Shown one piece after another: positions 34,629 to 47,400 of a stretch of DNA of 64,000 bases. A program made the position numbers and the translations under genes. Origin of the DNA: Amoebophrya sp. A120. Its lineage: Eukaryota; Protista; Dinoflagellata. Location of the stretch: contig CAJINV010000002.1 in assembly GCA_905178155.1 (NCBI GenBank), positions 10,524,709-10,588,708 on the forward strand, written 5' to 3'. Under the pieces are notes generated by a model. The model saw only the letters and a program-made list of their open reading frames with translations. It did no database searches and was not told where the DNA came from. Every line of letters starts with the position of its first letter. Position 1 is the stretch's first letter.

Positions 34629-37463
34629 TCAGGCGTCGGCGCCCGAGCTCGCTGCGGCAGCCGCTTTGGACCAGCGATAGTCACGCCACGCGAGGTACTG
34701 TATGTTATCCAAGCGGTCGGGATCCTTGACCTGGATCCACAGGAGCAGGAGCACCACGAAGAAGCAAATCCCCCCGCACGCGATGAAGGTTCCTCCGATG
34801 ATGACGTTTTTGCTGCCCACCCAGTGTGCGGTTGTCAGCACGACGCGCTTCTTGATATCATGCTCATTCCCGGCCTGCTTTTTCAGATCCAACCGGTGGG
34901 CATAGAAGATGCGGAGCTGTGTGCCCTTCGGGATAGTACTGGTTGGCAGCGTAATCTTGCTATTCAGCTTGCGAAACTGCCAGTAACCCGCGATCCTGAA
35001 GGTAAACATGTTGTTCCCAGTGGTCGTCACCAGCATTTCATTCGTTTCAACATCAAGTATCTATCATCCTGATTAAAGTCCTCCAGCTAATGTTATTTTT
35101 GTGTTCGGATATAACACCAGCTTAGAATCGCGTGCTAGAGGAACTGACTACACCAGTAAGGTCTGGCACGTGCTTCTAACGCTCCGATTATAGTGCTGTA
35201 TGCAGTGATCGCAAAATTTCCTGCAGCCTCAAATTCAACTACATTCCCTGTCTACTTTCCCGCACAACAACATGATGAAAGAAAACAGTGCATACCTCTG
35301 CCAATTGAGCCAGTCCGAGTGCTCCAGCCCCCAGCCAGCGGGGTTCGGGAGCTTTGTGGTGCACGCAATGTTGGTGCCGGGCGTCAGCGGGTTAGGCACA
35401 CTGGTGGTGCTGTACTGGCAGGTCGCGCCGTTCGTTGCTGCCTCAAACTGGAAGTCCTTGTAGTTTGCGCAGTTCGGCGTTTTGTTGTCTGCCAGGTACT
35501 GCAGGGGCTGCAGCCGGAGCGGGTCGTCACTACAGACCGTGGGCGGGAAGTGGCGGAGCAGGTGCATGTCCAGAATCTTGTAGAACTCCTTGCCGTCCAA
35601 GTTGTTCACCAGGTCGAGCCCCGACAGGTCCTTGTCCTCGACCTGGTCCTTGGCCTTGTCGAATACCCGTTCCGGGTCGAGATTCCGCTTGGCGTAGGAA
35701 AAATCCGCGTCAAACGCGACGGTTTCCGGCTTGGCGTCCGCCGTGCCGAGCGGGACACTGTTCCCCGCCACGGAGGCGTCCGGGACGGTCAGAACCATGG
35801 TGTCGAGCCCGTCCTCGGTTGCCATCTTGGCCGCGATATGGATGCGTCAGGTTTGAAATCGTCAAAGTTGAAATAGATTTGTAATGCATAAAATGGATAC
35901 CAGTTGTAACACAGTTTCTAAGTGGCGCATGACAAATTTGGGTAGAGCCGAGACCCAGTTTGTCATGCTGTTTGGGTAAGGAAGACGCGTTTTGTCATGC
36001 TATTTTAGCAGCTTAGTTGCTACCCCTATACAGGCTTACAATCTGCCTCACTTGCCTACTCTGCAAGACAAGCACTTTGTGGGCTGCATTTTATGCATGG
36101 CAAATCATTTCAACTTTGACGATTTCAATTCTGACACGCCCATACGCGAACCCGCAGGGGTAGTACACGCGGTTGTCGGTGACCGGCGGCGGCCATTGCC
36201 CGCTCGGCCCGGACTTGCACACGCTGCTCTCGTCGTTGTTGCCGTCCTTGATGCACTGCTTCGACAAGCTGCTCCACCACATGTAGCACCCGCTGGAGTC
36301 CTTGGACAGCTCAAACGGGTACCACAGCGCGTACGCAGCGGACTCCCACGACTCGGTGCCCAGCATGAACACGGCGTTGGATTCTGCGACGCAATCCGTC
36401 CGCGGTTTCTGGTACGCCATGCAAGATCCCGTCCGCACTTGCTTCGCGGACATCGCGTTCTCGGACCCACGTATAAAGCCCCTGTGTCCCTGGTAAACGC
36501 CATCGAGCTCGTAATACCTGTTCAGTGTTGTATATTTGTTCACATGATCACACGTCTTCCGGGTTGAGCTCGCTGCTTGTGCTTCTTCTTTCCGGTGTGA
36601 ACTAGTCATGCGTGCTCAACATCCTGATCTGACAATTTCGATCTGTCGCTTTCGGTTAGTCTAGCTACAGTGCCACCTTGTGTTGACTTCGTTTCCGCAT
36701 TTTTGACGATCATATAGAAATCTCGACTATTTCAGTAGTACTCAACCAGCGGTTCATTACAGTAGCAGCGGGCCCTCCATATCTTCCGTGGTCGTGAAGG
36801 TGATGCTTTCGAGCATCCTGGCTGTGCCCAAGGTGGCGGAGGTGCTGTCTACGCACGTCCGCTGAACATTTTCGGCACCGTCCACCGTGGTCTCGACGTC
36901 GTTATTGCCGTAGTCGTCACACCCAATATTGGGCTTTAGCTCGATGGAAATCTCGGTTATTCCCGCGGCGCCAGAGAAGTAAAGGGAGCCGAAAATCAGC
37001 ATCGTCAGTGTGTAGAAAACGAAAATGACCAGCAGCGTCTTGGGGGTGCACAGCGGGGCCCAGTTCCAGGGTTGCGCCTTACCTTTTTCCGAGAGTTTTT
37101 TGGTGGAAACCTTGCCCATACCCTCGGCAAGGATCACGCTCGCCGTTTTGCTCTTGCGCCCGTTCTATCAACTGTAAAAGTGTCTGGGTCTGGAAGAATT
37201 CATGTTTGTCATGCTTGTCTGGCATGACTCTTACATCTGTCATGCACGTTACCCAAGAGCTCCGTTTTTCTGTGATGCAGAAGCGCGGTTTGTCATGCAG
37301 AATAGGCAACACCTAGGAGCTCAGAAACTTGTCATGCTGAGCCAGCATTTGTAGCCTCATCATGAGACGCCACCCAGCATCACAAGTTTCCAGACCCAGA
37401 CATTTTTACTTTTGATACGTTCAAGACGGCGGAGCTCGGGATGGAAGACGAAGCGGATGCCAT
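34629..37463 (-). CDS. CDC50/LEM3 family (P4-ATPase flippase beta subunit); 5 exons, two introns are introners
   Basis: N-terminal TM, MEGPLLLYYELDGVYQGHR, YYPCGFAAKM, WLNWQRIAGYWQFRKL, KRVVLTTAHWVGSKN plus TM. Introns 37418-37165 (or 37162), 36760-36518, 36145-35833, 35295-34996. Confidence 0.92.
35837..36144. mobile_element. Introner/MITE-like element 2 (308 bp), about 55-bp imperfect TIR, 5-bp direct repeat CGCGA
   Basis: Left TATGGATGCGTCAGGTTTGAAATCGTCAAAGTTGAAAT; right end reverse-complemented TATGGGCGTGTCAGAATTGAAATCGTCAAAGTTGAAAT. CGCGA at 35832-35836 and 36145-36149. Confidence 0.92.
37166..37417. mobile_element. Introner/MITE-like element 3 (252 bp, family A), 30-bp TIR, 5-bp direct repeat CGTTC
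   Basis: TATCAACTGTAAAAGTGTCTGGGTCTGGAA ... TTCCAGACCCAGACATTTTTACTTTTGATA. CGTTC at 37161-37165 and 37418-37422. Homologous to 53020-53270. Confidence 0.95.
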
Positions 37464-39171
37464 TTTCGTGGGGACCCCCTGGTCCTTGTCACACGTCACG
37501 GATTCCGCTGGAACAACCTGCATGAAAGAGCATAAAATGGTTGCAGGTCAAGATGTTGTAAAATAAAAATTTTCCCTCTACTAAACCGATTCGCTTCATC
37601 AGATGGCTGCACTACACTGGTACAAAAGCAATGGGATAAAAATTGTGTTTAGAACAGGGAGGTACTGTACGGCGGCCGTGCGACAGGTCGCGGAATCGGA
37701 ACGTTGTGGTGACTCCAGCTATCCAACAAAAAAAGTGCGCCAATGCACTTCAATGTAAAAGTAAACGTGTCGTGAAGAAGATGCATTAGACGCTCACTCT
37801 CAGTGTGAGGGATATATGTCCCGTACTATTGTTTCCGCATCACAAGTTTTCTGTAGTACGGGTTATATGCTCGTTGTACATACAAGCGTGTGCAGTAGCG
37901 CACTCTTTTCCTTGGATACTCTCTCGTCTCCGAGTAGCAGCAATCTGCTGCTGCAGTTCTTGCCCGAGAAAAGAACCGGGTGAACAAGCTCGTCCACAGG
38001 AAGAACCGAGGCAGTGGCAGCTTTCTCAGCACCGGTAATTCTGTCAGATTTTTCCAGCTCCGCGCAGTGTAGTCGACCCATCCGAACGGGTGGAATTACA
38101 AGATAGCAGCTGGACGGAGCCCTGCCCAAATCTCCGACGCGCTGCAACGACAGCAGCTACACCGATGACACACGAAGATTCTTGCAATGTCATCATTATG
38201 AAAATCGTATCCAAATCGTGAACCTCTATTGGCACAAAAATGGAGACTTCCTTCACATATTTCTTATTCATTCCGAAAAAAAAACTGCAGATAATACGAA
38301 GAATGTCGGCACCTTAGAACCACTCTATTCTGAATGTGCTGCGGCAGAGACTACAGACGCAGACACTCGCTTCTATTCAGAAAAACAGATGAAAAAAGGC
38401 CTTGCACGTGAAACGCAAAGGCACGTCCCTGCTCATCTCACACAAAAACGACAGACCAAACGAATCAAATGCGTCGTGGAGTCAACGAAAACCAAAAAAA
38501 AAGCAACAACGCATTAATAAATAAGCATGCGCGCAATTGCGCTGGTGATAGCGCCACACATACTGCTTTGTGCGTTTGGACACACTAGACACCAGTGGGG
38601 TAAACGCAAACCTATGTGTAATCACCCATGCGATAATAAAAAAACACAATACTACACTGCAGCGAGATGAAGGTCAGGAGGGTGGATCGCGATCGCCTCC
38701 CCTTCATTTAATGGAGAATAAGAGCATCTTGAAAAATAAGGCACCGCGCAGTTGTTTCCTTGAGTTCGTTCCGGTTCGAGATAAGAAGTTGTTGGTCTGA
38801 TACAATTTTATGTACCGCGATCGTAGGTGTATTAAGCACTTTTCCTCGGTGTAGTCGATACAGGTCTATCTGTGCTCCCTCTCTTCAGCGTGGAAAATGT
38901 AATAAATCGGTATGATGACGATTCCATCTATCATAAAGAATGACATACCGTGACCATTTCCATGATTATTATTTCGAAATTCTCCAAAATCTATTGTCCA
39001 TATTTATTAGATGACCTTTAGCCATCTGCTTCTCCGCGGCAGTGATGCCAAGAAACTACATGGTTTCGCTTTTCAATGTTCCACACTTGTGTAAGTAAAG
39101 TATTTCTTGAACCGCACGCATGATACCGAACAAGGAAGTACATTTCTGCACGTCGTCTACTTGATCTTTTT

Positions 39172-41567
39172 TCACTTTGCCTTCCGCACGTTGAGCATAC
39201 TCCCACTGAGACCCGCGTCTCCGATGGTCGTGTCCAGTCCGATGTCCTTCCTGGCGGACTTTGGTGGCATTGCAGTGAAGAGGTCCACGCTCTCGATTCC
39301 CATTTTAGAAAGATGCGCGGCGGCCTGCAATGCGTGCGACACCGGATCCGTTTTCAAAAACAGCACGGGGTCGGACCGCTTGCCGTCCAATAGGCGGAAG
39401 GACATTTTTGCCAACGTGGCCGGATCCGTGCCCGCCGCCGGGGCGGGTGGCATCGCGGGTACATCTTCCTCCGCTGCGGCCGCTTGCTCTGCTGTGGTCT
39501 CGCCGGTGGAGCCGAATGCCGCGGTGCTGCTACTCGCCCCCGTTTCGCCGCCCTGCGTGAGACCCCCGGCGGACCGCGGCCTCTTGCTCATCGGCTCGTC
39601 CCCGTGCGCCGGCCGGGAGCCCCCGCTAGTACCACCGGTCAGGTCAATGGTCCCGCCCCCGCTCGCGGCAGCCAGGTCGCCGGTCCCGTTTGCACCGGAC
39701 GTAGAGGTCGCGCCTGTCGCGGAAGAGGAGGAAGAAACCGCCCGGGAGCTGGAGCCCGGCTGCTGCGGCCTCAGCTTGTCGGCATGTTTCTCAAGGAAGG
39801 CAGTGATCTTCTCCATCGCCACCACAGACGAGTTCTTCGGGTTGTGCGGGTCCATCCACTTTTTGCCCTCCCAGAACTCCACGGCCATTCGCGTGCGCGG
39901 ATCCACAAAACAAATGTACGGCAGCGATTTCACGTTGTAGTACCTGAGATGAGTAAGAGTCGATTTCAAAAAATTGCAGACGAAAACGTAGTTACGACGC
40001 GGTCTATAATCTCTATGAATGTAGACAACTACGCGACCTCGTTTGTTCGTTACAGCTACGACTGCGCACGAGCATATGGTGCAAAAGGATGAGGATAAAG
40101 AGGGAGGAAGATGACTTTTAACAAAGTGCAGAAATACTGCGAGAAAGTGCTCCCCTGTTCGGACACGTCATCGCGCTGCCAGAAGACGAAATTCGATGTC
40201 ACCGTATCCTTCACAAGTTCGTGAAAATATCACGAAGAAAAGCGCCAGCGCATTCATGGAACTAATCAATGCGGTACAAATGAAAAACCCACTTGGAAAT
40301 TTTGGCACGCAAGACCGTAGCATGTTACTTCTGTTCATGTCGTGATTAGTATCTTTTGTGTATTGGTTTTTAGTTTCACATTGCAAATAGGTTGAATGCA
40401 CGCTTTTTTTCTCTATGATAGGTTCCAAACGTCTCGATTCAACTGGCTACTGGGAAATTCCTGGTCCTGAATGTTCACCAGAATATACTTGTTCTCCTCC
40501 ATAGCGCGCGTGTGCGCGATCGCAAATGCCCCGGACTGTAATGGTATTGAATTAAATGCCTTTATTTCATACAATATAGATGTCGACCGTTGCAGTGGTC
40601 ACACAGAAAATAAAACGTCGAGTAGTTGAGCTACTGCTTCAATATCTAGGTGACAGCGGTAATCTTTCCACCGCCACCGGATGAACCAAAGATGCAACTA
40701 TAAGCACAAATACAACAAACCTCGTTGTAATCAGGCACTTGGAATATCTTGTTGAGATGCTTCACTCTGTCGTTCGCTTCAGTCGCGGCTCCCTGTTTTT
40801 TATCCTTGCTTGCATCCCACCACGCGGACCGCTGCAGGTACTTTCTGTGATCTTCCTGCAGCTGCTTTTCTTGCGCTCTGTTAGTGGAAATGAAATTTTT
40901 AGGTGTCGATGTTGACACAGTAAAGATACAGGTGTATCTTGCCGACGTGTAAAAACACAAACTAGTAGTGTGATCTAGCCCACTTCTCCACGACGCCGTC
41001 ATCAATGGGGACAGGGCGCAGTAGAAGTACTGCTTCCTTGTCATCGAACAAAACATGAAATCAAATAGGATCTTTTTCTTTTATACTTTTTCTCGCTTGC
41101 CGACGGGCCCTGAATCATTTGGTCATCAAAGGCCGCGATGGCAGCGCGGACCTCTTCATCGATGGGCGCCGCGCCCGTGTCGCCGCCGCCCGGCGGAGGC
41201 CGCCCGCTCCCGTCCGGCCCGGCGCCGCCGGTGGATGCTGCATTGGGCATGTTGTCCAGGTTATCCCAGAGAAAAAAGCTGGCAGGGCATATTTGTAATG
41301 CAAAAATAGATACACAGAAAAATCTGTCATGGGCGGCCTCCTAGCATGCTGCTTCGGATATGCAGTACAGATTTTTTTGTGTATTTATTTTTGCATCACA
41401 AATATGCCCTGCCAGCTTTTTTCTGTGTGATACAGGTACAGTGCGACGGCGGTCTCCAGATCCCACACCTGTCCGGACATCTCGAGAAAATGCCGCGCTT
41501 GCATCATGTCTTCGCACCCGGTGGTGCTCATGAAGGTCGCGATCGTAAGCTGCTCCTCGTCCGACAT
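39172..41567 (-). CDS. UBX-domain protein (UBA-like + UAS/thioredoxin-like + UBX; UBXN7/Ubx5-like p97 adaptor); 6 exons
   Basis: UBA-like ARHFLEMSGQVWDLETAVALYLDN. UAS KYILVNIQDQEFPSSQLNRDVWNHELVKDTVTSNFVFWQ...LPYICFVDPRT. UBX MSFRLLDGKR...LFTAMPPK...TIGDAGLSGS. The ORF is open upstream to 42509, so the start is uncertain. Confidence 0.9.
40228..40420. mobile_element. Degenerate introner element 4 (193 bp), TATCA...TGATA termini, direct repeat decayed
   Basis: Left TATCACGAAGAAAAGCGCCAGCGCATTCA; right end reverse-complemented TATCATAGAGAAAAAAAGCGTGCATTCA. Flanks GAAAA and GGTTC. Interrupts the conserved UAS motif with an in-frame TAG. Confidence 0.75.
41262..41432. mobile_element. Introner/MITE-like element 5 (171 bp), about 66-bp TIR, 5-bp direct repeat CAGGT
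   Basis: TATCCCAGAGAAAAAAGCTGGCAGGGCATATTTGTAATGCAAAAATAGATACACAGAAAAATCTGT and its near-perfect inverse. CAGGT at 41257-41261 and 41433-41437. Confidence 0.95.
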
Positions 41568-44463
41568 GTTGACTCCTGCTTGTTCTTGCACTTCTTCTTG
41601 CACCGGGGGTACTTCTGCGTGTGGCGTTTCTGGTGCAACAGGAAAAACCCTCGACGACAGGCGCTGCGTAGTTACATGAGCCGACGTCGGCCGCGAAATA
41701 GGATTGAAAACCCTGCTGCTCTCGCGCACCGCTGGGCCACCTGAAGGGCCTCTGGCTACCTCGTTGAAATCCTCCTGGTTGGAGCTGCTTTTGCTGGCGG
41801 CTGCGGCTCCCCCACCTTGCAAGAAATGCGCGGGTGAAACAGAGGTACTAATACGTTCTTGCGGTGTGGACGTGCTCCGGATCTTGTCAGGACTGGTGCT
41901 AGAGATCGAAAGTGCTGACGCAAACAGGAACGGCGACGTGCTTGGGAAAGGGAATGTAGATGTTGGCGAACTAGAATTAGATCTCAAAAAGTCGTAGTTT
42001 TGGTTTTCCTCTGTGTCTGGTGGTTTCGTCAAAAAATACAACGCTGCGTCCTCTCGTGCTGCTGTTCGTGGAGAGCTCGTGATCAAAAAGGAACGTTTTT
42101 CGAGGAAAGCTATGTTGTTCAGAACTGCCAAAAAGAACGCGATCAATTCAAAAACGGCGAGAGCTAAAAAAATTTGGTCCAAAAAAAGCGGCTTTGGAAA
42201 ATGCGCTTTCGATTTGGATGATGAGAAAAGCCAGCGACAAAGTTTGCTGGACTTTGCAATGAGTCGACTACGCTTCTCGTGGAGATGTTTATTGTGCTTT
42301 TTGTCAAAAGGAGGGCTTTCTTTGCTGGAACTTCTACTTCTCAGACACGAGCTTTGCAATTGTTGAAAAAAAAGCTTGCTAAATTTCTGCGTCTTGTTTT
42401 CTTTGTCGGCATAATTCTCCAAGAAGGCGATCAGGTCTTGACAAGAGGAATCGATGAACTGCGAAAAACTTGAAAAATTGCGGTCCATTGATTTCTTTTT
42501 CGATCCCATCTTGCCAGATTGAGATTCTGCGTTCGTTCTTTCTAACGTTCACAAAATAGTTATCCAAAGATAGAGCTTGATGCTTGTTTTCTCCTTAGCG
42601 GACGTATATCAGTTATGGTTTTGTCTTTCCAAAAATCATATAAACATAAGTACGCTTGGCTTCGTTTGGATTCACTTTCAGTTGCTAAATCCAGTCAGCG
42701 TCAATTGGAGCGATCTTCCTTTTCTTTCTCGATTCCAAAAAAGGCTTGTTAGTTTTGGTCTTCGTTGCTACTACAGGAAGAACTATTTTTTATGTTGTAG
42801 CCTTGTTCTAATCCTAGGCCTCGGTGTAAAAAATCAGTGTTCCAAGAAAATACAAATAGAGTGCTGACGATTATAATTCGAAAAGCTTGAGAAGTGTGGA
42901 CGATATTAGGCTATCGCCTCTTTTTCTTAGCTAACACTTATAATGTCGGTATCGGCTGCGAGTATTGATTTTTGATGATTCGCAATCGGTTGATGGATGA
43001 TGTTTCAGAGATAGAATTAGCACAACATCTACATCCCAGCGTTAACGTCGCCTGTCCTAGCTCCCTTGTAGAAGTAGATTTTGAACTTTTCAAGCGTAAT
43101 TAGTTATGATTACTCTTACTTTTTACACCTAGTAGTAGTACTGACATCCATTTCCATGCTAGTAATGCCAGAGGACATAATATCTTGGTTTTGCAACGCA
43201 ATACTGACTACGACCTTGAGGCCACTACTTATCGAGCACTTTCTTGCCACCACGACCTTGGCATTGCTACGTCACTTGGCCTGAAATCATCAGGCAGTGA
43301 AGAAAGGAATAATGACGTTTTTGATCCGATGTTTTGCTCGCTCTTTTCCATCCAAAAAAAAAATCATGATCATGCATCATTATCATCTCTCCCGTGCGAA
43401 AAAAAAAAACGAGCTCAGCTCTGTGGTCGTGTTGTACTTGGGAGATCCAAAATCGTTGGTTCATGAGGAAGCCAGGTCGCGCTTGATCTCGCCTTTCATC
43501 ACTGGCAGCCACGCAAAGATGCTTCCCGAACAACGTCCCTGGCGACGCGTGATACGGATCGCGTACCATTTAATGCGTTGCTAGCGTCGCGAACGCACCT
43601 GGTGGAGCGCATGGCGTGAAGTCCGGAGATGGCAGCCAGTGGCATTTCCCGTAAAAAAACGTTCGATTTTAGCAAACAAACCTGTAATCCGTTATTCGAC
43701 GCATGTGAAGACCACGGCCAGAACGCCGGTTGCTCCTCTGTCACGACTTTGATTTCTCTGCAACTCGGTTCAGTACATTTACAGCCACAGGATTTATCGA
43801 AGCTGAAGACGCAGATCGATGCGGATCTGAAAACTACAAAAGAGGTGCTGCTAAAAGGTGCTCGAACAAATGTACACCACGGCAAGGATTGATAAATACT
43901 GATGCCCTCGTCGGCTAAAAAAAGTATTCACGAACCAGGTGGACTCCCATCCATGTAATAGATAAATGTCTTTTTTAGGTTGACACTGGCTCTGCATTGA
44001 TTAGGTTGATCTTGATTATAAGTCTCGTGGATACAAAAAAAGGTAGCAACAAAAATAAGCACTGTCATTGAAGCAAATTCTATCTTTCAGATTGAGTGAC
44101 CGAGACACAAAAAATGATGCAGCAGACACACAAGTGCGCGCCAAATACGCTTAAGTGTGCCAATGTCAATGCGAGACAGCACGAAGCTCAAATTAGTAGC
44201 TATAAAACATTCGCAAACAAATCGATACTACTTACAGAGCAAAGATTATCAATCAATCTATACTCTGCAGGTGCGAGTATGAAGACGAACTTTACCTCCC
44301 AGCTCACGTAGCGAGATGGAATACGTTTTTCGTCTCAGGTTGAAAAAACGAAGCAAAACCGGTCCCGAAAATCTTCATCAGTATCTATTCTCACAAGCGT
44401 CTACTCTTCTGCGCAAAAACAGCTGCAGGAAGTTGCTTTTCCTTCACATAGGTAAATCCCGAA

Positions 44464-47400
44464 CTACTGATCGTCTGCTCTTGCAGGTGCTTCCCTGTGT
44501 TCGGAGGAAGTCGAAGTTGCTGATACTGTGCTGGTGGGAGGTGTGATGAAGTCCAAGATAACAGAGTCTCGCACCCACGTGTCGCCCAAGTCCGCCCGGC
44601 GCAGGTTTGGGTGCCGCTCCCGGAACATTTCCTTGAGCAGGGATGCCACCTCGTCCTCCTGGTCAGCCCCAAATCGCGCCAGCTGCTGCTCTGAGGGCTT
44701 GCGGAACCCCTGGAAGGGGTTTGGGGAAACCCGCAGATGCAGCTCCTCGAGGTGCCTGGACACCAGCACTTCGTTGAGGAACTCCAGGGATTTTTCGTAG
44801 TGCCACTGTGTTTGCGCGTCCAGGTCACGAGCGAAGTACATCCGCGACAAAAGCCTGTGGTCCGCAGGTTGCAGCCAATCCGTTTCCTGCACGCCGAGGA
44901 GCTCTAACACCTTCAGCTTCCGCATTTTCGCAAGTCCTGCTGCGAAGTTCCGCGTCCGGCGGCGACGCGTGCACGCCCAAAGATCCAAGTGGAGCCGCAC
45001 TAGTCGGCTCGGGAGCACTAGGAAGTCAAAAACAAAGGGATCTTCCTCTTCCCCGACGTCCAATGTTGCTTGATCCCCTTCCTGCTCCCGTCGTTCAAGA
45101 ACTGCCGTCGCGGTGGTCGCAGTGCCAGTACTGGATGTGACAGCATGATTACTTGCGGAGGCGATGTCGTCGAGGAAAGAAGAAGCGTGAAACTCGTCCC
45201 TACTTTCATTATCCGATGCCTGCTCTTCTTCTGATGCGAAAACCTGCGGGCCGCGACCATCGGCGAGATTCAAAAAATGTGCGCCGGCGTTGTAGAAGGA
45301 CCCGATTTTACCCGAAGGCGCGAGGTAGTTCAGCTGAGTCTCTGGGACGACCAAGAGACGATCTTCATCAGCATCCCGAGGACCGCATGCGTCATGGACG
45401 CGTAGGTCTTGTTCCTCAAGCAAACGAAGGCCGTGGTCCTCCACCTCCTCCACGGCTGGGACGTTTATTGTGTTCGGGTCTTGCCACATGTGCGTCAACA
45501 ACGGGCTGTTCGGCGAAAAATCCGTACGCAGTGTCGGACCCATCTCCTCCCGGCGTGCATCACTGCTTAAAGAGCCCGTAATGCTGACACGAAGTTCGCT
45601 CAGGTGCGCAAACGATTTCAAAAACCGCAGCGAGTAGTCATCAACCGTGTGCAGGTGCAGGGTGACCAAATTCGGCATTCTTTCCGAGTTCACAAAGCCT
45701 TCCGCGCCCGAGTTGGTCGAAAACTTCAGGAAGTTCAGGTGTGGCAACTCGACTTTGTGTAGAGCGGATACGAGAGTTGCAACAGATCGTCTTGTAGAAG
45801 TACCACAACCACGACCTACTGCCGAACTATAAACGGGCCCTTCGAAGCGGAGCTTCGCCCTTTCGAGCGGGATGGGCCTCATGCCCATGCGCTGGATGCT
45901 GACCAGAAAAATTTCCAGGTGTTCCAGTTGCGGCGGAAAAAGTTGCTGCAGCCGGTCCGGGAGGAACCGCGGGTTACTGTTCAAGCTTTGGAGCAGTTCC
46001 TGGTGATGATGTTTCTCTCTTTCATTCGAAGCTGAGGACGAGATGACATCGTCGTTCATCATACCCCCTGCCCTCCTTTCCCGGGGAACTTCAACTTTTC
46101 CAGCTGCAGCATCACGCGAAGAAAACAACAGACCAACATTCTTCAGACTGAGCTTCTGCAGCTTGGGAAAAAGCAGTGTCGGAAAGAAGCCGCTACGCTT
46201 ACTCGCGTCGCTTGGGACGACATGATCGTGACCTCCACCAGCCTCGATTTTGGGTAGAATCGCAGTACAGTGTACTAGCGTCAAACGTCTCAGGTTCGGC
46301 AAAAGCGATGCCACAAAGTCCAATTCCACTTCTGCGTCCGCAAAGGGACCCACCCAATCTTGGCAGTTTATGTACAACTCGATGACGTGCCGCGGCACGC
46401 GCTCGTACAGGAAACGGGACAGAGACGTGGGGCACCGTGCGCGCGCCAGCACGCTGGCGTAGTCGTGCCGGTGCCATTGGAAGCAAGAATCCGCGCAGCT
46501 CAGTCGGGGGAAAACGTCGTCCTCGTTGAAAAAGTATCCTGTGCAAAAGTATCGTACTCGTATTGTAATCATGCATTACAAATCCTGTTCTTAACGCAAA
46601 TTAGCATTACAAATCTTATTTTTCATGCTGAGGAAATTTGTAATGCATTTATACGAGTATGTACGATACTTTTGCAATTCATAAAAAGCTGTGCCTATTC
46701 TCCCACTGCTGGTGGACTTTCGAGGTCGATGCTTTACCGAAGGAGCTCTCGGCACTGCTGTTCAGGTTGTGTTCTTTCTCCTCGAGTCGGCTGTACTGCA
46801 CATCGGCCGTGCTGGCGTCGTTTGACGAACACGCTTCTGTACCTTGATCATCCTCGCAGGCGTGGCCCGAAACTGCACAATTACTGCATACTTCTCGACC
46901 TTCTGGTTGGCTGACCGGTGCAGCCGATGAGGAAGAAGACGCTCCACTTGTCGTCGCAAATGTTGAGCCCCCCCGACAGCGGGATTTAGAGCCGCATCGA
47001 GTGCAGCGCTGCTGCGCGGAATCGCAACCATCGGCACATGAGAGATGCGAAGACAACGTGCTTGCCTTGGATGCAGTGCGCTTCATCCCTGCGGGACGAG
47101 TGCTGAATATGGCTTTCAACATCGACGGGCTTCGGGCGCCCCAGAAAATCCGCACGGACTGCGCCGCGTCGTCCAAATAACATTTTACCTTCGGACAGCT
47201 GGCGCGCAAGCGGTTCCGGTAGTGTTCGTTCGTATCCGACACCGAGCACGTATCGGAAAAAAACCCTTGCTCGCGTACGACACCCAGCGCAGATGCGAAC
47301 AGCAGGCGCTGTTGCGATGATGTTTTCGTTTCTTCATTGTCAGGCTCTACCGCAGCTGTGCGTTCGTTCCGCACGGGAGTTGAAAGCGGTAAACTGCCCC

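Noticed and set aside
39995-40010. CGGTC-TATA as left end and repeat partner of element 4
   Set aside because: It would delete the exon 40222-40138 that encodes conserved UAS residues; the 40228 end fits better.
43629-43892. 87-aa plus-strand ORF with faint ankyrin-like words (NPLFDAC, EVLLKGA)
   Set aside because: Spacing does not fit a 33-aa repeat, it is the opposite strand to all genes, and there is no further support.
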